Source: Callorhinchus milii
Taxonomy: Eukaryota
Assembly (NCBI RefSeq): GCF_018977255.1
Contig: NW_024705475.1
Coordinates: forward strand, 1-41,636
Length of the DNA stretch: 41,636 nucleotides
Reading direction: 5' to 3'
Shown here one piece after another: positions 37,166 to 41,636 of the stretch. The position numbers and the translations under genes are program-made. A model generated the notes under the pieces. It had not been told where the DNA came from and did no database searches. It saw only the letters and a list, made by a program, of their open reading frames with translations. Position 1 is the stretch's first letter. Every line of letters begins with the position of its first letter.

Positions 37166-38954
37166 AAGTCGAAATTTAGCAAAAAACTATTTAGGACGAG
37201 ACTGCGTGGAGCAGAAACTCTCCCATCAGGGTCAGAGGAACCGCGGGGCACTCTTCGGGCGATGCCTGGAATGCCTCAGTGCCCCGTGTCTGGCTGCCGT
37301 GGGGCAAAATGCAGTGAGTGGAGCCACTTAGACCCAGGAGCAGAGCACGACCCGCGTCTGCGTTGAAGGGCAAACGATGTCCCCGTCGCTTATATGCTCC
37401 AGCATCGTCTGTTACGGGAGTCGTGCGCACACGATGATTTTAAACACCGTCGCTGATCATGCAATCCGCACACAAACCATGGCAGATGCGGATACCTGAT
37501 GCACAAATGGGAAATTAAAAACTCTCCAGTAGTGCGCGACCGTGGTCATTTACAACGTGTAACGACGCAATGCCCCGATCCGCAAACACGAAGGAGACGT
37601 CACGGCGATGATCACAACTCCGCTGCTCCTGACGTGGTCGTCCGGCTTGACCACCCCGATGTGAAATTGTAGTCGTGGCTCTGCAATCTATAATCGGCAG
37701 CCGTACAACAAGAAAGAAAACTGATCGTGCGAGGGCCGTTGCCCCCTGCCAGTGGTTGAGAGTGATCCAAGTTGGTTTTGATGGACACGAAATGAATGGA
37801 TGACAGGGTGGCCAAAGTCAATTTACCGAGATGAAGTGGTACACCATGAAGCGTGTTCCTCGGCTTTCTGGCACCTTGACCTACACCGGTAAATTACACG
37901 AGGCGGAGTGAGTTCGTCATGCCTCCTTGCCCATATGATGCCAGATCGGAACAGCACGCCGAGCGAGCGCTGCTATGTTTTTTTTAGTACTGCGCGGAGG
38001 TTGATTAAAGCCCAATGTAAATGGAGAGAAGAAAAAAATCAATTAAACTCGGGAGGCTTGCGTGTCTTTGTCAATATGAAATGACATTTAATTCCACCGA
38101 CCAGCAGGCAGGGTTTAATGCGTTCCACCCCCATAGTCGCTTGAACGAGCCCATCCGCGGGGACATCTACACGTCTCGGAGTCCTGTCAATTGGCTGGGT
38201 GTGTGCTGCACAGAGGCGAAGTTTGACTTCTATATTTGGAGGGGGGGGGGGAGACAGACGTTCGCTTTGTCCCTCACATTAGGAATCGCCGATTCACACA
38301 ATTAATTTGTAATCTTTTTTATAAACTACTGAAAATAAATTAACGTGTCCAGTTTGGGCGGGGCGTTGCCCCCCCCCCGCCGTGCCCCCCCCTCAAACTC
38401 CCCCATAGTGCCGCTCTTGTCGGTGGCGGCCGGGTGGGTGAATTTATTCGAGGAGGCAAGGATGTCTGCGGTTGTGCGTGTGAGTGCAAGGCAGCGAGAA
38501 GGTGCCTGCAGATTATAATCTTTGTAATGAGCAGATAAGAATTAAGAGGGGGGGGGGATGGGGGCTGTCCCATGGGCCGTAATGATGAGCCCCGCTCCTT
38601 CTGTTGCCTGTAACACACCACGACCATGACGACAATCCAGAAGCGTTTATACGTGTCTTTATTTGACCAGGTAAGGCCCACTGAGGCGATATAGCTCTTT
38701 TTTTCAGAAGCGACCTGGCTCTCACGAATGATAGCGCAACAAAGTGGTGCATCATCGTCACGTGGAAATGTATAGCAAACCAAATGCTCCAAACGGGTGT
38801 CGATTCAAAATGTGGAGGGGGAGAAATCGGGATGAAGGGACACACCTTTTAGACGAGGCTCGGGAGACGTTGCATCCAGTCTCGGGGATTGCCTTGCTTA
38901 AACTAACGCTGCTGAAGAACGCTGGTTCTGGAAGGCACGGTGGTCGATGGATCC

Positions 38955-39185
38955 CGGTGGTGAGATGTTAACTATCTCGCCTGGCATGCAGGAGGCAGTG
39001 GGTTCGAATGCAATCCCTGGCGCCTGTATATTTGGAGTTTGCATGTTCTTCCCGTGGTCGCGTGGATTTTTCTCCAGGTCCTCCGATTTTCCCCTCCGCA
39101 TTTAGAAATAGCATGCGTTTAGAGAATTTGGCTGCTATAAATGCTTTCGCATGATAAGTAATGTTATTGCTTATCAGCTGGGTGG
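38955..39185 (+). mobile_element. V-SINE-like SINE
   Basis: B-box-like GGTTCGAATGC and the V-domain; homologous to 26605-26970. Confidence 0.75.
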
Positions 39186-40343
39186 GTCTTGTCTGGTAAA
39201 ATAAAAAAAATAGTATAGTAAAACAAACAGTCTCAATAATTTAAATGTAATATTTCTGCGCGTAATAAAAAAGAACATTTCCCTGCTTTTTACCCACAAT
39301 CCACAAAAGTAATGATTTGGTGCTAAAATAAATCCAGTGCATTGCTAACATGGTTGCTTTAACAGTTACATTGTATTTTAAAGGTATTTTCAATTTGAGC
39401 ACTGCTGGCTCAGAGTTCATCGAATGGCTCACGACAAGCATATTTAATCTGATCGGACTCTTTGCTGTTTTCCTTGTCCATATGTCATCGCCAGTGATTC
39501 ATTTCAATAGGAATAGTTCGGAACATTGTTCCGGGGAAATATTTTATCCTCATGATATTTATTTAGACCTCGTAGGATTATATGGATATGGGATACAATA
39601 ATATAAGATTAATAGGGATAAGGGAGCGCCTTATTCTGATCATCACAGCAGCATCCTGGAAAATGACGAGGGAGAATTTAACCCCTGAAATAACTATAAC
39701 TGACCAGAACAAAGCCCTTGCTTGGATGCTGTAGCAGTGTGAGGTGCAGTGCACTTGCATCTGCTTTTATCTAAAGCTGCTGAGTGAGAAGCTAAGCCCT
39801 AGCAATAGATATGCATATGTACTGTACATACCCCCGCACCTCCGATTAGTGCGGTTAGCTACGTACGGTGCGAAAGACGTTCAACATACAAACAGTATAC
39901 ATCTCGATCAAGAGTTGCAAGGGTAAATGCATGGCCAAGACTATTTCACGCTCGACAGCGAGGCAACAGACGAGGAATATTTCCAGCGAATCGGAGAAGC
40001 TCTAATCTTGATTTGAAGCTCTCTCGTTGACGAGAGGACAGGGCATGCATCTCGCCTGGGTCAAAGGTGTTCATGGGACTTGTACAATTCCTACTATCAA
40101 GAAAACTGACCTCTTCACCCGGTATTTCAGTGCAGCGAGTAATTTCCACCTTTCATGTGCTGCCTTTACACACTCTCAGAGCTGAGTACCAATTGCCATA
40201 TCAAGCGCAAGACACCTCTTTTGGGATGCTGCCATGAAGTTGTGGTCAGCCCACTGGATTTGCAATCTACGATGGGGCAAGTTTGTTAAATCCCTCCTGT
40301 CCACCCGCCAGTGCAAACTGTGTTCACTGCAGTCTTGATTTGA

Positions 40344-40535
40344 AGCTTTCGTGACTGCGGGAATCCATACTCTTTTGGTTCTTTCGGTAAAGTCACGTGT
40401 TCACCACAGTCAGTGGCTTTGTTCTCCGGTTCCTCCGGTTTTTCCTTCCACATTTAGAAACTTGCATGTAAGAGTATTTGGCTGCTATATAATTTCACGC
40501 GATAAGCCACTTCGTTGAGCTATCATTTGTGGCCA
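40344..40535. mobile_element. PLE end fragment (40344-40398) next to a partial V-SINE (40420-40535)
   Basis: Matches to 1081-1134 and to the reverse complement of 26747-26860. Confidence 0.7.
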
Positions 40536-41636
40536 GGTCACTTGTGAAAAAGAGTTATAGGAGGAACACGCGAAAAAAGGCATCAGAGACAAATTAGAGC
40601 ATCATGACTGGGAGGGACCTTAGCCGATGGCAGGCGCCGGTGATGAAATTGCAGCCAGAGAAGAAACCACATCCACTCCTCAAAACGGATTTTTGAGATC
40701 AGCTCATGTGCAGGAATAAGGCGCCCTAGGAATTCGCAAGGCCATGACAGATGTTGACAATGTGGGGAAGCCTTCATCCACAAATGGACTGATCGTGGCT
40801 GTTTATGATAAGGAATGACATGGTAAGTTTGCACGTCTACATTGACACAGTGCGATGGCTTCTCTTGCTCCGAAAATCACATTCTTATCGCGAGGGTAAT
40901 GAGATGTATTGTGCTCTTCTTCAGCTGATGTTCTTTCACGACGTTACAAATTACCTACGAGGAATGTCTATAAGCTTCAGTCACCGATTAACATTCCATT
41001 ATTGTGGTCTATTTAAAACCTTTCTATTTCTGATATAATCTAGAATTGTGATTTACTTATTCGGCAGGACTCACTGAATATTTTCCAGGTCACTAGGAGA
41101 CTGGAGTGAGGGGCACCACATATCAGAAACATATTTATTCATACTGGAGGAATCCGATGAGCTATAAAGCTCTTTTTCACCGATGTCCAGCCAGGACGGG
41201 TAAATTAAGTGGGCATACTGGATGTGGTGCGCCAGGCACAGAAATATTTTTTCCAGGTCACAGATCTGGACAAACCCCGCCGAGATTACGCCCTGGCAAT
41301 TCCGCACCTCACATCTGTACCGGGCCGGGAGCCAAGAACTTAATTTATGGGGCACGCACATGGCGCTATCAGGCACGGTGCCAGAAACATGGAGAGTCAT
41401 GAATAACATAAACAAAAGCGACAAAAGTGCGCAAAAACAAAGCGTGGCGGGATTCGTGCTTGGGACAGCAAGAGGAACACATGGATCAGAGAACGTTGAA
41501 TCAATCTTGATTTTACGTGGTAATATCGCCATCAATAAAGTAGGCACATTACAGCAGAACAAGAACGGCACAGGGGACACGGAGCAACAGCAATTATAAA
41601 AGAAAACCGTCACGACCTCATCAGCCAACACCGACC

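Noticed and set aside
41071..41631. 186-aa and overlapping ORFs at the window end
   Set aside because: No recognisable domain, and they overlap a degenerate repeat.

Overview
Eukaryotic, repeat-dominated genomic DNA. It is probably from a vertebrate, and lamprey is my best inference from the Chapaev3 transposon, V-SINEs and GC-rich LTR elements. No host gene can be identified with confidence. Bases 1-22.5 kb are a nest of mobile DNA: a Helentron-like element, two outward-facing Penelope-like (PLE) termini with minimal hammerhead ribozymes, a young Gypsy LTR retrotransposon (minus strand, 3' LTR truncated), satellites, Chapaev3-derived MITEs and a 5'-inverted PLE fragment. The most striking feature is an 8.1 kb head-to-tail array (114 bp tail + two 4006 bp units) of a HERO-like non-LTR retrotransposon encoding RT and a restriction-like endonuclease. 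It has no poly(A) or TSD, and its 3' UTR carries all hammerhead core motifs in a scrambled, non-circularly permuted order. Bases 22.5-41.6 kb hold a deleted Chapaev3 transposon, a solo LTR, a collapsed LTR element, V-SINEs, an old L2/CR1-like remnant, PLE end fragments and a few possible unidentified exons.
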